Shown here: positions 1-13,850 of the stretch, in pieces
Layout of the letters: the number at the start of each line of letters is the position of its first letter
Position numbering within the stretch: position 1 is the first letter of the stretch
Assembly: GCA_002633005.1 (NCBI GenBank)
Contig: NMRA01000316.1
Coordinates: 55,999 to 119,998, forward strand
From: Phoronis australis
Lineage: Eukaryota > Animalia > Phoronida
Length of the DNA stretch: 64,000 nucleotides
Direction: 5' to 3'
The notes under the pieces: generated by a model
The model's input: only the letters and a program-made list of their open reading frames with translations
The model's database searches: none
What the model was told of the DNA's origin: nothing
Position numbers and translations under genes: made by a program

Positions 1-3000
1 ATTAAAGCACCTCGAAGACTAATTAGCAGTTACAACCCAATGTGCATGAAGTTATATTTTGAACTGAGTTTCAAAGTTTATATGCTGTATAGTGTTTGTC
101 TGCTGAGAAGTCATGGAAAAAACATGAGCTACTTGTCGTGTACTTATGGACTTTATACTGAAAGCAGCCTTTATCATCCTCACTTCTTTCACATGACCTC
201 TGCAGTGGATCATGCTTCCAACATGAAGCATTTATATAGTCAAGTAACAGCTGATCACCTGGAACAGGATACATGTACCTTTGCCCTCTGGAGGACTTGG
301 AAGTAATATGAATTCACTCTTTAGACTTCTCACAACTAGTCACACACACTTATTCAAGTACGTTCCCCTGTGCCTCCCACTGCGCAGGTGAAGTATCTTC
401 TCACTGGTAGCTGGTTACATGTAGTCAGCCCCCATTGCTACTTGAAAGTCTCCCATTTTTCACTTGTGTCAATCACAGCAAAATGCGCGCAGATAACAAA
501 ATGATAACATTAGCCAGCCATACCACTTCAAAAGTGAAGTTATTGTGACATTGGCGGCTATACACTGTATAACGTCCACGGAATGACTGACCAATGGTTT
601 TGCATTTGCCTTGCCTGTAATTGCCAATGAATCTTTCACCTTGACACTGTCCTCCGCTTTCAACGCCCTGCATCAAAACCACTTGAAGATTCTTAAAGAA
701 ATGTTTGTTCAGACACACACCACAGCTAACCCACAGTAAGCATCTTTGTAAACAGGACAATCACAGATAAAACCATAAATAAATGATCTTGTTCATACAA
801 CACTGTAAGATTTGGAACGTCGCAAGTGGGGAGAGGGCAACACGATTTTTGAAGGAAAATGTTATGAAAATGATTTGTCGGCGTTTTTTTTTTGTTTTTA
901 GCCGTGCAAATAAGATTACTGAGCTTTGTGAAACCAGTGAGATTTGAATTTCGACTCTCACAAAAGGTGTCCTGCCAAAACTACTGCTATTTGCGTAGTA
1001 AGTATCCTAATTCCATGACTACGAGCACTTTTTAGAAATAAAGTAGTGTACCCTCGGTGCCTAGAAAATACGAAATTTGATGAATGATAAATTGATTCGC
1101 CGTTTGCTGGGCAACTATTAACAAATGTTCACTTTTTGTTGACGTTTGTCGGCATTACTCATTGTGGTGAAATGGCGTAACCACCAGTCATTTTTGACTT
1201 CAAATGACATGAAATCCGTTCGCGCCAGGAAATTTTTTTGTCTTATTTTGTAGACCTAAAATAGCTCAACACATTGGTTGGCACTAAAATGTTCTGAAAC
1301 CTGTGCCAGCTGAGATATCGGGATACGAATTTAGCCAATTTTGACAGTTTCAAAAATCACTAAAAGTACTCATCTTATGCGGCTCTAAAAACAGACAAAA
1401 ATTTATCGAAATTTTTAAAATTTTCATGAATAAAGTAGTCGAAGGTCACACCTGATCAATAACACAGGTTCAATATTTCAACGTTACTTCCACTGCGTAA
1501 CGTAACTGTCGGAATTTCACTAAAACTGAACTGCCGCCAAGCTGAAAACTTGTCGGAAACAAATAGTATCCATGGAAACCAAAAGGGGGCATTTTGAAAA
1601 AAATAAAGGTGGTCTGGAGTCAGTGGGGCCAGTGTCATCTCACAGACAAAATATAAAGAGAATCTGTGACATAGCGTTTATCACCCTCTGCCTGGTCCAT
1701 TCGCGAACATGCTCTTAATAAGGCAAAAAAGACTAATCAAATCGGGTGGCATTCTCCTTTTATTCAGTTCAAGTTTTTCAGTAGTCCATAGGCGGTGCAC
1801 TGCAGGGGGGGACTTTTTTCAGTGCTGCGCCCTCTATACACCTCCGACATGACACTGCCAACTACTCATGAGGGGAAGTTGAGATTTCAAATTCATCAAA
1901 AACACAAAACATTCGTGCACAGCACCGTAGCTGTCTTGTAAGAAATGGTGATGCGTCACTGAACTTAGTTGAAGGCTGAAGGACGGACTTGCAAAAATTC
2001 GAACCATCATCACACCACCATATCGCAAAGAAGGACTCTAAACGATAACAGTGATATTCATGAATGTGTTGAATTTTAAATTCTAAAATTTACAAACCGT
2101 AGATCGGATCTAAAAAGAAATTCAAGTCATTGCTCTTAAATTTGGAAAGCCGTCTTTGTTCCTTGATGCTTGTAGTTCCCAGTAGTATTGTGCAATGAAT
2201 TTAGGTTCTTTTAAACCGAATCGTTTGCTTGACATTCACGTGCATACTGCAAAGGCTGGACACGTCGTGACTCAGTGACGCACCCACGTTAAAAATAAGG
2301 TGTTGGCTGCCCGCGTAGAATCCGCGCACAGTGATTGACGGGAAAAGAACTTGAACTGCAGGAGTTGAAGTGTGTGCATTTTTGGGACACGCGTTCCATA
2401 GCATTTTCCCCAGCCGCCCGGCGGCAGAAGCTGGACCAGTGGCTGTGTTAGTCAACAGCTCTATAGGCCAAGGATTTCGGAATCATATCTTTCAAAAAAA
2501 TCTTCAGAAAATGACCGTATTAAAATAAACTTTTCGTGAAACTGGGTCAAACAGAACGACCTTGGAGCCAGAACACGGGTATAGGTTCGAGCTAAGCCGC
2601 ACGTCTCAAATGAATCATAGCGGAGCTGACCAGCGACTGGCATTAGTTCTTCGAATTGCGCATGAATCATAGCGGAGCTGACCAGCGACTAGCATTAGTT
2701 CGTCGAATTGCGCATGCATGGATCGGACTTCCCGGCGACTAGGACGCCACGACACCTGTCACCCGTGGCGGGAGCAGCTTATTTCTTGACTAACACCTGC
2801 TTCTAAATCTGGATTTAAGCAAAATGACAAAGTCCACGCTTACACATATGCAAGCGTATCCAAATACAATTAAATGTATTTTCACGTGAAACCATTCAAT
2901 GTTCTTTGAACATTGACTTGTGTGAGTTCTTAATTTTCTTACATCTGCCCAATCAGGTAGAACTGCGTTTCAAGTCATTCGCTAGGCACCGGAGGGTTCA

Positions 3001-4189
3001 AATTGGAAGTTCGCGTCGTATGACATCGTATGACGTCATATGACGTAGGAGATGCGAGCCTCATTTGCATATATAAGTGACATCTGTTGGTTCAAAAAAG
3101 AGGATCATGCCCGAGTACATGCCTGGGAAGAGGCATCTTTTTAAGGGTAAAACAAGTCATGTTCAAAGCATCCTAGTGCCATTAATATGCAGTCTTTGGG
3201 GACCAAAGTGGTGTCATTTTATAGCTAAAGAGTTAAGCTTTTGGACGCAATGCTTGGATTCCAGACGACATTTACTTTTGAAATCACTTTTGAATATCCG
3301 TTAAAATGCGCTAAAACAGTTGTCCCTTCCTGGTTATCTCTTCCTGAAAATATGCATCAAGTGATATCACTCCCAAATAATAACGATTACCTATCTCATT
3401 CACACACTTACCATTCACAACCGGGGGAAGGGGGGAAACAAACAACTGAATTCTATCATCTTCTTGTTATGTTTAGTAATACACGACTCAAAGCTTTTGG
3501 TTTCTGCAGCCTCTAGTTGGTCAGATCATGAAGAGCTGCATCAAACGTATGGACAGAATGAATGAAAAGCAATATCCCATGCCTAGCCAATCAGCATTAC
3601 ACCTTTAAAAGGTAATCAGAGGAGAGGAGTATCAGCGGTCGTGTAATAAAATAGTTTAAGTTACCAAGACCATCAGTACACAGACACCAGTACATTCAGT
3701 AGTTCAAAATAAAGCGGCTGACAAAGTACATCAGGGTGGCTAACTATCCATTCCATTACTATTCATTTCAATCCTGGTTAAATTTTCTTAAATTCCATGA
3801 AACGATTTTGCACCTGGAATTCTGAATACATGTCTATTATGACTGAAAGAGCTGGCAACTAGAATTGTCAAAATCATCTCCCAGGACAAAAGTTCAAGAA
3901 CAACATCATGACAAAGTTCCACATTATTGCCATAAAAATCTGGCATACAATGTGACAAAGTTTGGCAGTTTTGCCTCAGGGCATTTAGTTAATTAACAGT
4001 AATAAACAGGTGAGTGTACATATAGTTTCTCACTTATTTTGCACAAAAATGATAATCTACATTGTCCAATCCTAGCTTATAATCCATAACATTCCACCTG
4101 TACGCCAAATTTGTATGATAAATAGTAGAAGAATTTCCGTTCTTATACTCTTACAAGCGATGTTTAACACTGCAGTGACCTCAACTCAC

Positions 4190-4678
4190 CTTTCCAGCTG
4201 ATTTGTCTGATGATTTCATTGTCGTTGAATTGTCCAGTGGATGGTCAACAGCCTCAGGCATCGATGGCATCGTCTGTGCTACAGCCACAGGTTATCCGAG
4301 TACCTGCGACTATTAGGTGGAGTAACAGGCGGAGTCATGAATAATGGTGTACTTTTGGGCGTCAACGGCAATGTGTCATGCCAGGCATAGGCTGGCGGAG
4401 TGCTGCTCAGACTCGTCAAACCAGATGACAAGATGGCCGCTCCCGAATCGAGTCGGCCAGGTTCTGTTCGAGTTTTGCCTTTTGCTGCTGCAGTTTCATC
4501 AGAGTTGTTGTCTTATGCTGCAGTTGCTGCAGCTGTTGTTCCACTGACAACATTGCTGAGGAAAGTGATAAAAGGGCAGCACTTGTTGCTGGAGGTAGGT
4601 TGGCGTGATTGATGAATGATATGACCCCCGAAGAGGTCATGCCCATGCTACCTACAGAGGACATCGTAGTGTTGGCAC
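4190..4678 (-). pseudogene. BIRC6: BIRC6 (Bruce/Apollon)-like exon, disrupted
   Basis: Translates to ...LSLSSAMLSVEQQLQQLQHKTTTLMKLQQQKAKLEQNL and, in a shifted frame, LPLTPKSTPLFMTPPVTPPN, matching recalled BIRC6 motifs (LKLQQQKAKLE; PPTPKTTPLFMTPPLTPPNE). Acceptor tttttccAG at 4680-4679, donor AAG|GTGAGT at 4189. Frameshifts near 4452 and 4311, and a TAA at 4294-4292. Confidence 0.88.
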
Positions 4679-5124
4679 CTGGAAAAACAATAATAAACAT
4701 ATAGTACATGATTACAATGGGAAGTATTTGCAGGAGATATCATACTAGTCTAATCTCAGTCTGAACTGGGCACTGACCCTCACATTAATGGTCAAATACA
4801 TCAAATGCATTGTCATTGTTGAATGCTCGAAAGGCATTTAAATACAAAAATGTAACTAAATTTCAATTTTCACCATTATTTCTAGTTAGTTAATACCAAA
4901 AAATTAATTTATAAAACAAAAATACCGTGAAGATGTGGTGGTTTCCAAAAAAATAATCATCTCATCTTTTCATCAAAAATGTAGTAACAAAACATTACAG
5001 TAACTATTCTTGGCTAATTTTCCATTGAATAACAACTGATCTTCTTCTCCGATTCCTCTCAAGACTTTTAAGATAACTTTTACAAAACTACAAATATTTG
5101 TGACTCGTGGTGATGATTGACCTG

Positions 5125-6520
5125 GGCCCGGTCTCCACTCTCCGTACTCAGACTCGAATCATACTCAAACTCACACTTCATACTCAACTCGAGTACAGAC
5201 TTGGCTTTGGTGTATTCAACGTCCTACTCCAAAAATCAGTTCTCGAAATTTCGAGCACGTACTCAATTTTCGAGTATACTCGAACTGAAGTGTATCTCAT
5301 CTATATTTCGAGTACTATTTTGAGTAAAATTCCGAGTATATGCTCCAAATTTCAAGTTTGGTCTGGCAGTGTGCTTGAAATTGACCCTAAAATAAATACG
5401 AGCGAGAGAACAAAATATCAAACGGCCACCGAGACACACTAGCAAATCTAAAAAATTAAGTCTTCTTACCATATTTCAGCGGTTCAGTTTCAGTTCAGAT
5501 TATAGTTGTCATTTTAAATCTTCTTATTCTTCACCTTATTAACCCGCCGTATCACTGCATGTCCTCGCAGCCCGCTCCTTCTTACTCTAAGATTCCTGAC
5601 AACAGGTGCATTCTAATACCTTGTCGGTGAGTCATTGCAAGTGTCGAAAGCAGTTGTGGGAAAAGTTGTGTACGAAGTTTGTGCTGAAATTATTTCAGTA
5701 GGTGTGTCTAAGGTTTGTAGGGTTCCAGAACACGAGGAGGTGAGGAAAGTTAAAAAAAGTTTCCTTCCCTGTCAGGTATTTCACATCATAGTTATAGTCA
5801 TCGATAATTCCTCAATCCCCAAATGATATTCCAAATTTCATTTGCCAATTTCTAAGTAGATGTCTCATCTTGCTCACTGGTGAACTCTGAATGCCTGTGC
5901 ACATGTATTGTTTTTTAACTCACGCCCCAAATGTCAACTAACTTGATAAATTTCAGTAAAATACAAAGATACAGTACCAAAAGTTTTGGCATCAGTGTAG
6001 GCCTACACAGCAATGGGTTCTATGTCAATACTAAATTAGCAAGAGAGAACAGGGGTTACTTGATGTGATAAGCTGTTACAAATTTCTTAAGACATTTTCG
6101 GGAGATGAGGAACTCAAGAAGTAAACCTTAATAATTGTCAAATGTATCAAAGAAATGGTATAAGAATATTGTTTTGAAACTGAAAAAATGAATAACAGTT
6201 ACAGAACACTCAAAATTCCATGTTAAAGGCCTACCCTGGCTTGTAGTTTTAGCGACAGCAGACGATAATGTAGTTGCTGGGGTGGTCTATAATGCCAATA
6301 GGGAGCGATGAATCAGCACGACTTTGCGTGGTTTTGCATTTCACATCATAAAGAGTTCCATAGCAACTCGAGTATGAGTGTCAGATTTGAGTACGTTTGG
6401 AGTCTACTCGAAATGCGACATTAAATACGCTTTTTTGAGTACGACTCCAGTGAGCACGATTTTGAGTATGAAATCGCGAGTATGAGTATGAGTCTGAGTA
6501 CGGAGATTGGAGACTGGGCC
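5125..6520 (+). mobile_element. PIF/Harbinger DNA transposon, internally deleted
   Basis: TIRs GGCCC(G/A)GTCTCCA(C/A)TCTCCGTACTCAGACTC at both ends; 3-bp TSD CTG at 5122-5124 and 6521-6523. Transposase remnant at ~5585-5770 reads LRFLTTGAF*YLVGESLQVSKAVVGKVVYEVCAEI, resembling the HARBI1-type HTH region. Confidence 0.9.
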
Positions 6521-6662
6521 CTGGTTCCAGTTTTTCCATCTTAGTAACATCGCTGGTGGAAACGCAGACAAAGTGAAGTGGCTCCACCTCTAGGAGACCA
6601 TGCAACTTATCATTGCACTGAGACGAACGAGCAGATGACCGCGATCTCAGCGACAAGAGGTC
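6521..6662 (-). pseudogene. BIRC6: BIRC6-like exon
   Basis: DLLSLRSRSSARSSQCNDKLHGLLEVEPLHFVCVSTSDVTKMEKLEP contains the BIRC6 motif GLLEVEPLHF.CVSTSD. Acceptor cacAG at 6664-6663. The donor is displaced by the Harbinger insertion. Confidence 0.9.
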
Positions 6663-7057
6663 CTGTGATCAGGGGAGATAATCAGTGAAACTCATTGGAA
6701 ATTATAGACCACACACAATCAGTGTAAAAGATGGGTACATCTTTTCTTGTGAATAATCATTGAAAATTACCAGCCAATTTTTGTAATTTACTTTGAAATG
6801 ATTCCTAGCGTGTTTTTGTCATAACTTCCGTGAAGCTACATATTAAGAGGTTGCATTGAAAAGGGGTCTGAATAGAACACCATACAAGGATTATTGGGGT
6901 TATGTAGACAAATTTAAGTCAGTAATCCTAACCGTTGGCAATTGATGACATTTGTGCACTCAGAGAGACACTCAAAATATAAAGAAGGAACTAAATACCA
7001 TTCAGTAGGCTTTAAACAATGAAAAAAGAAGAGGCCATAGCTGTATCCTCTACACAC

Positions 7058-7290
7058 CTTGAAGTCAATATCGTCCACAGGAGACGGAGAGCTAGCTACT
7101 CGCTGCTGATGACAACTGTACAGATCCCATGCCAGCAGAGAGGGCTGACACAGGCAGTACACTGCCGACTGCTTGGGCATAGGTAATGGGTCCATTGGGT
7201 GCTGTAGTGGGTGTGGGAGGGGATGTGGTGCGCAACAATGGTTTCACGTCAAACAGAGATGGCTCACAAGGGTTGCCGTAGAAGCCAAAC
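7058..7290 (-). pseudogene. BIRC6: BIRC6-like exon with 4-bp duplication frameshift
   Basis: (R)FGFYGNPCEPSLFDV...PVDDIDFK, compare BIRC6 RYGLYSSPFDPVLFD...DEIDL. AG/GT boundaries at 7292-7291 and 7057-7056. AGCTAGCT at 7090-7097 shifts the frame and creates a TAG. Confidence 0.85.
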
Positions 7291-7391
7291 CTAAAAAAGA
7301 AATTGCTACTTCGAATAACATTTTCAAAAATTTAAATCCGTTCACTAACTCGAAACAGACCCAAGACCTAAAATAAGATTCACAATTTGTA

Positions 7392-10300
7392 CGGTAAATT
7401 TGCATGATTTTCGGACGCCCCGCCATTTTCGACCAAAAATAAATATTTCCGAAATGAGTTTTTCATAGTCCACGAAATTCGTACAAGGTCTAAAAACTGT
7501 TTTTCAATGATCCTCGAATTTCGGACGATGTCATAATTGTCGGATTTTTGTCCGCCACTTTCGGACAAGGAAAACTTTAGAAACGCTAATTTGGGATCGA
7601 CGCAACTCCCGTGTCACTAAAGCGTTCAACGGATGATTACTACTCTATTAGGCTTGAATCCGAGAATCGGTTTAACGGGCTTTGTAATTTTTACCTTGTC
7701 TTGACGATGTCAGGACCGTTATTCGTTTGTCTTGCGTTTAGCTTGTGTTTGGCACTTTAGCTATGAAAAGAATCCCGTATGACGAAAATTACTGATAAAA
7801 ATACAAATGGGAAATACAGCTGTAGTTTTTGGTTGTAGCGTAACATGTGCTCTGGTTTAATTAGACCGTGCTGTTTGACTTCCGACTGTGACATTGAACT
7901 TGCACGCCTGACATCAACTTGCGTGTTTACGAAACGTTTGTATTTTTAAAACGTCGTGGCCTTTGCAAATGCCCTTGTCAGTGGCTAAAATCTCCCAACG
8001 ATGTGTCCGGATTTTATCCTTGACACGGTGAGAAATATTTTTTGTTTAGGCCCCCATTCACAATAGGCTACAGCCAAGTCTGTCCATCGGATATCGCGCA
8101 TTCAAAGTAGTGTAAATAGTGAACAGCAGCAGCCCAATGAGACGGAGCCAAAGTAAAGCTGGTTACAAATCAAACATAATGCAAGGTCCAGCACTCAGAA
8201 AGGCGCCTGGTGCACACGCAATTGTTACAGAGACATTGCATCCCTGTCCTATGTTGCATAAGTGGAGGTGTGCTTTAACACATATCAAAAACTAATGTAC
8301 ATCCACGTAATCACGTTTCACTACCCTTACAAATTCTCTGTTGCTCTATGATAAGCATCGCAGATGCAAGAATCTCGCTAAAGAAGATAGTGTGATCGTA
8401 TGCTTCGCTTGCAATGCCTCACCATACGTCTCGAAGTCTTCAGTCTAGCATGCTCGTGAGATTCTCACCCTTGCGCCCCTGGACGCAGACTAGTAGCTGT
8501 CTTGGGAAATACAAAAATCTAGCCCAAATCACGCTTTCAATTAAAATACACAATACATCACGTAATTTTATGAATTCTTGTTTTTTAGCGAAGTCCTAGC
8601 GTTACGAGCTTTACCCCTACGTAAACCCAAAAAAGACTGAACTTGCGGCGACCCAATTTTGCTTGCTCATCCACTGGTCTGTTTACTTGTGGTCTTGTTA
8701 ATTCACACCCTGTACCGTCTGAGGTACACCCTGGACTCCATGGTGTCCCGAGATTAAGATGAATCCACACAAGGACACCGAGACCCTGTGGCACTCTGTC
8801 TGCGGCGACTAAGAAAATCCTCCACCAATCATTTCGAAAAATGACAAGTCAGTCGGAATCAGATTTGGTAGTTGTTGCTTCTTGTGGTCCTAGGGGTAGG
8901 CTAACAAGAAGACATGACCTGGAGTCCGTTGCAACGGGCCTGGAACCTGAAAGGTGTTTCTGACCCGGAGTTCCATATCTACTTTCCACAGGACCTTGTC
9001 TTCTTGTCCATGTCACCGCCTTCAGTTGATAGTTTTGAGACAAAAAAAGAAACGTGATCTTAAACTACAGACCATGCTTTTTGTATTACTTAAGACAGTA
9101 ATTTAGAGGCATTTCAGCTGTAAGTGTGTTTAATTGTGTTTGATTCGAAAGAGATGACTGTTACATTGATAATTATTATTATTCTATTTTTACCCGAGGT
9201 GATGCCTTACTTGCAGCAATTTGGGAAGTATTACCAGCGATTTCCGTATATAAGTTCGGGAAACCAAACGTCTTATGTATAAATACATCAGGGCCTATAC
9301 TCGGCAACGCCGAATATACGAACACAGCATAAATTCTGAAGCTCACCCTAATTATATCCTAGTGGGAATAGCATTATTTTTAGATTTCAAGCATGCATTT
9401 TTGTTCTCAGATATGCATCCTGGGTATATTTTAGGGAAACATTTAAGATACGCAAATTGGCCATATATTCTGCTGGACTTATATACGGAAATCTACGGTG
9501 GATCTTCTTAAACCTGTAAACCATGAAAATTTCATTGAGACAGTTTTGTTCTTCTAACATGTTCAACTAACATTCCGTTCATGCAAGACGGTTAGTACGT
9601 TCGCGTTTAAGGCGTTATTGCAACAGGTAAGTGTTGTTTTGATTTTTGTTTGGTGTTTCCATATTTTATTCCGTTATGTATTCCTCTTTTCAGATAGTCA
9701 CTGTTATTCTTCAACAACAATTCTGTACATATAACGAGACTTCAATAAACTCGCGACTGTTCATACTTTAAATGTTAGCAGAAGTGTGTAGTGTCCTTCA
9801 GCAGAGACCTGTGGGAAGAACTATTTTCCGTAACTGTAGCAAGTATATGACGCACTGAAATGAAAATGGTCGACATAGGTGGATTGTAATTGGTTAAGAA
9901 AGAAAATTAAGTATATAAATAGTAGACCGGTTCTTGAATTGCCTGGTTCACGTCCTTCATGAGCTCACGCTGTCCCAAACTGAATGCTTTCGTTTTTCTT
10001 TTCAGGTCGCCACTAGTCGATTCTTCTAACAGTCGTGATCTGCCCAGTAGCCTATCGTATCAACGTGCGCAACAACGGTCTTGGCAGGGGGTTGCACCTA
10101 GCAGACTCCCTTAGAATTAGTGGCACAAAATCGACATTGGTGTGCAGCAGGAGGCCAGGTGGCGGCGTAGTGACTGCGGGAGACTGAGCTTCGCAAAATT
10201 GGTGACGACCATGGACGGCGCTGAACTGGTGACGACCAGAAGAAATGGCCCTGTTATCTTCCACGCAGATTGTCAGAAAATGTTAACGATTTTCAGTTTC

Positions 10301-11665
10301 ATTTCATCAAGAAACACATTTCACAAGTCAGAGTTTTCACTGTGGTTAAAAACGTAAGTGAACCCAGATGTGTTAGTTCACCTCAGTTGCATGAAGACGC
10401 GCCAGTGTATCACTGAGTTAACGTCGGGCGTTTCAAAGGCTGTGGATGAGAAAGGTTTTAATTGTGAAAAACGGTTGGGTGAATTTGATGTTGGTAGCAT
10501 CTGAAATTGCATTCGCTTTCTAGACAACGCCCTTGTATATACAATATGTTAATCAATCGTGTCTTCAGCCGCGCAGCTCTGTACTAGTCGACACATTCCC
10601 ATCGTTTGCAGTAGGCCTAAACATGTAGAACGACAGCGCTTCTTCAACAATTCAGAAGACTACCAGGACGACGAATGGGGATCACAAGTCGATGAGAACC
10701 TACTCATTTTACTATCATGATTGTCTTTGTAATCTATTTTGGGTAATTGTTCATTCGAAGTTTTCATGTTGAAACTGAGCTTTCAGTTAATATGGAAATA
10801 AATGTGTCAGAGTTAACTTGCGTTTTGGTTTGTAACCAGCAGACAATGCATGGATACGTTTAACAAACATTAGTATATTCTATGTTCTCGTCATTGTTCA
10901 TAACTTTCTTCATTGAACTCGTTCTTACATCCATTACTGTTACGTTTAATGTAAAATTTGTTAAAATTCAGAAAGCGCGTGTTTTGATGGTCAGGAACCC
11001 TCTTTGTGCGTCGAATACTCAAGTCCAGCTTTTTATTGGGAAACCATGCGTTGACAGCGCAAACTCGACATTTTTTATTGAGAAAACGCACTTTTACAAA
11101 AGAGAATCAGTTGTCTGCAACGTTTCATGTGCGTCAAAAACGCAAACCAGACCCACTCATTGGAAAGCCCACATTGGTCACAAGGAAGACTCTTTTTTCA
11201 CAACGCAGACCGATATTTCAAGTGAGATGGCGCAATTTGAAAAGATTCCGTCACTTGCCGAGAACGGTTTTTAAGCATTGGCAATGCAAGCCAAATATTT
11301 CATAATGAGAAAGCGCATCTTTGCAAAGAAGAACCAACACTTGTCGGCAACGGTCTTTGTGCGTCGACAGCGCACATTTCTTATTGGAAAAGCCAGGTTT
11401 TCAAAAATTAACAGCGCAGACCATTTGAGTCTCATTTACCTGCAATTATACTGCTATCAAATGACCAAGCCAGCAATGTTGGTACTACGACCGCTCATCG
11501 AAATAATGTACACGTACACCCACAAAATTCGTACAGTAGCGGAAACCCAAATTTGGAGGTCTGCCAAATTCGGACACCACAAAAATGATGATTCGCGAGA
11601 TTTGTCCAAGGTTGAATTTTTTCAATTGGAATTAATTTTCAGTGTCCGAAAATCACGCGTAATGA
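7392..11665. mobile_element. Probable non-autonomous TIR DNA transposon (Tc1/mariner-pogo-like end) inside a BIRC6 intron
   Basis: Left end TA|CGGTAAATTTGCATGATTTTCGGAC; degenerate inverted copy GTCCGAAAATCACGCGTAA at ~11644-11662. Internal degenerate repeats at ~10980-11420. No transposase recognised and the right boundary is approximate. Confidence 0.4.
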
Positions 11666-13581
11666 TTTGAAATAATTTCCATTTTAATTAACTCACTATA
11701 ACAGTAAATAATAATTTGGCAACTCATGCTATAAACACTCCCACTAAACAAGATCTTGTCAAACCCCAGTGATCAGGGAAAACTGTGGGGTTTGGCCAAC
11801 TGAAATAGACCGTATTAATCCACCTTGGCTGTGTCACGCTAAGCTCACGATCAAAGGGATCCTGCCTAGCTGCTCTATTCATTGAGTCACCAGCGAGGAT
11901 AATTGGCTTCGCTCATACGGATGCGATCAGCTGATTACAATTTAGCCTAGATGACCGTACTTTTTACGGAGAGCGTTTTACATAGTTTTGAGTGTAATAT
12001 TTGAAAAGAGAGAATAAAATGTTGGTACAACTTTGAATTTTTCAAATTGGTCCAGAATAAGAGATTTAACAACACAGCAACACTCACGATTACTTTCATT
12101 CGGCGCGCACGAATACAAAAATATAGAACCCAAGTTATTTAGATTTTGGAACACATGCATTGCAATATTCAAAATACGTTTATTATAACTCTTACAAGCT
12201 GTAAAACGACTTTGCTTAATTTCATTGTGCTCATTCACTGTCATCTGTCAAATCGGAAATTTCCGAGATATGATCTATGGCGTGCGCGTATGTAATACAA
12301 AACATGTGATTGTTATGTTCCTGAAGTACGAACATTAAGAAACTTTAGCATGCCGTTATTATTAACAGGGACACAATAAAACGAATTTGGATTTTGACGA
12401 TAAACTTGATACAGTGAGCTGGCTGACCACTGTGTCAGTGTCTTCGTTAGACCAAGAAATCCACACAGCCCGAGTAGTTCACCTCGTCACCTCGTCCCCA
12501 ACATGTAGATCAAGCCTAAGACCATTAAAGTTTTACTCCACGGTAGAGCTAACGGCCGTCGGCCTGTGCACACAAAATCTGTGAGTTAACCGGCACTTAC
12601 CTTGCACATAGCAGCTGTGAAAACAATCTAATGAACGCCATTTTCTTGCATAATCCTCCTCCTTTTGTAACAAAAAATTCTGTCGTTGACGACCCGCACG
12701 CGCTTCCTCACTCACTCTCATACGCAGACGAACTTCAAAACAAACATCACGTGACAACAACAACATGTGTGTTCATCCAGATTTTTTTCATGTTGTGGGG
12801 TACGATGTAGCGCAGATTTGGACTTAATCACAATTAATCTGGACTCCACATGAACTTTAAAAAATGTAAAACATGAGGACGATTTCAGGTAATTTGTTAA
12901 GTCGAAACTATATTATTATTCAAGAATTCAAGTTTTTCTATCGACGATCGCGATTCAGCGACGTATCAGTCAGCAAGATTTCGCCCCGGGATTTCAGCAC
13001 AATTTTTTGAAAAATGATCTAAACTTAACAACGGAGTTTGATAGCAATGCACCACAATTTTATAGAAAGACTGTCATATGCTACAAATATGTCACAGAGC
13101 GTAAATTTGATGAATCCTGGCTTCCGATTTTACCCGTTTCAGAAACCAGGTTTCAACTGCCTTAGGCTACAATAAGCATCCCCTCCACGTGAAATGAATT
13201 TTTCTAAGGGTTTATTAGAGCCAATACAGAATACAGCTTTCCACCAAGGCTAGGTGATGCTACCACATTATTCTTTGTTGCATTATTTAACTGGTCTCGG
13301 CTAATTATCATTTTATGGCCTAGTCATCCATTCAGCCAAAAGGAGTTCCATAGGTGACTTATCAGCCAATTATTCACGCAATAAATGATGACTCACAATA
13401 GAAGCCTGATAAGAGTGAAGGTGGATAAATGCAGTGTTCCTACAGTTTCTTGTGGTAGTGGATGTGTTCAGGACATGACAAGCAAAACACGAGAGCAATT
13501 ATACAGAATGCCATAGATGCAGGTGACAGATGCTTATAAGGAAATCACATAAGTGAAAAATACCGAAAAAGTCAAGCTGAC

Positions 13582-13836
13582 CTCGTTCTTAACACAGCAT
13601 GAAGATCGGTCATCCGCTCAGCATAAACAGTCAACATGGCCGACAGTAAACCAGAGCACGCCTCAGCTGTGTGACCGATATCCAGGCTCTTCACGTGATT
13701 GAGCAGAGTAAAAAACCAACGCACGGCACCGGCAGAGCTTGCAGCCAAAGCCCCAGGCAGGCACACCAGGAGGGCCTGTAGCAGACTGTGATTGAACAGT
13801 GGGGCAGCTTCCTTGGCAGGGGAGTTCCACATTAAC
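13582..13836 (-). pseudogene. BIRC6: BIRC6-like exon (most 5' exon of the fragment)
   Basis: LMWNSPAKEAAPLFNHSLLQALLVCLPGALAASSAGAVRWFFTLLNHVKSLDIGHTAEACSGLLSAMLTVYAERMTDLHAVLRTR, compare BIRC6 SAGSMYWFFVLLNYVK...LLQTR. Acceptor cacAG at 13838-13837; donor AG|GTCAGC is phase 2, compatible with the next exon. Confidence 0.88.
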
Positions 13837-13850
13837 CTGTGTAGAAAGTA

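Noticed and set aside
760-3610. Further BIRC6 exons downstream of 4190
   Set aside because: The expected next motifs (IERMHSGARRFVTLDFG) were not seen; the region looks like DNA-transposon end fragments whose boundaries could not be fixed.
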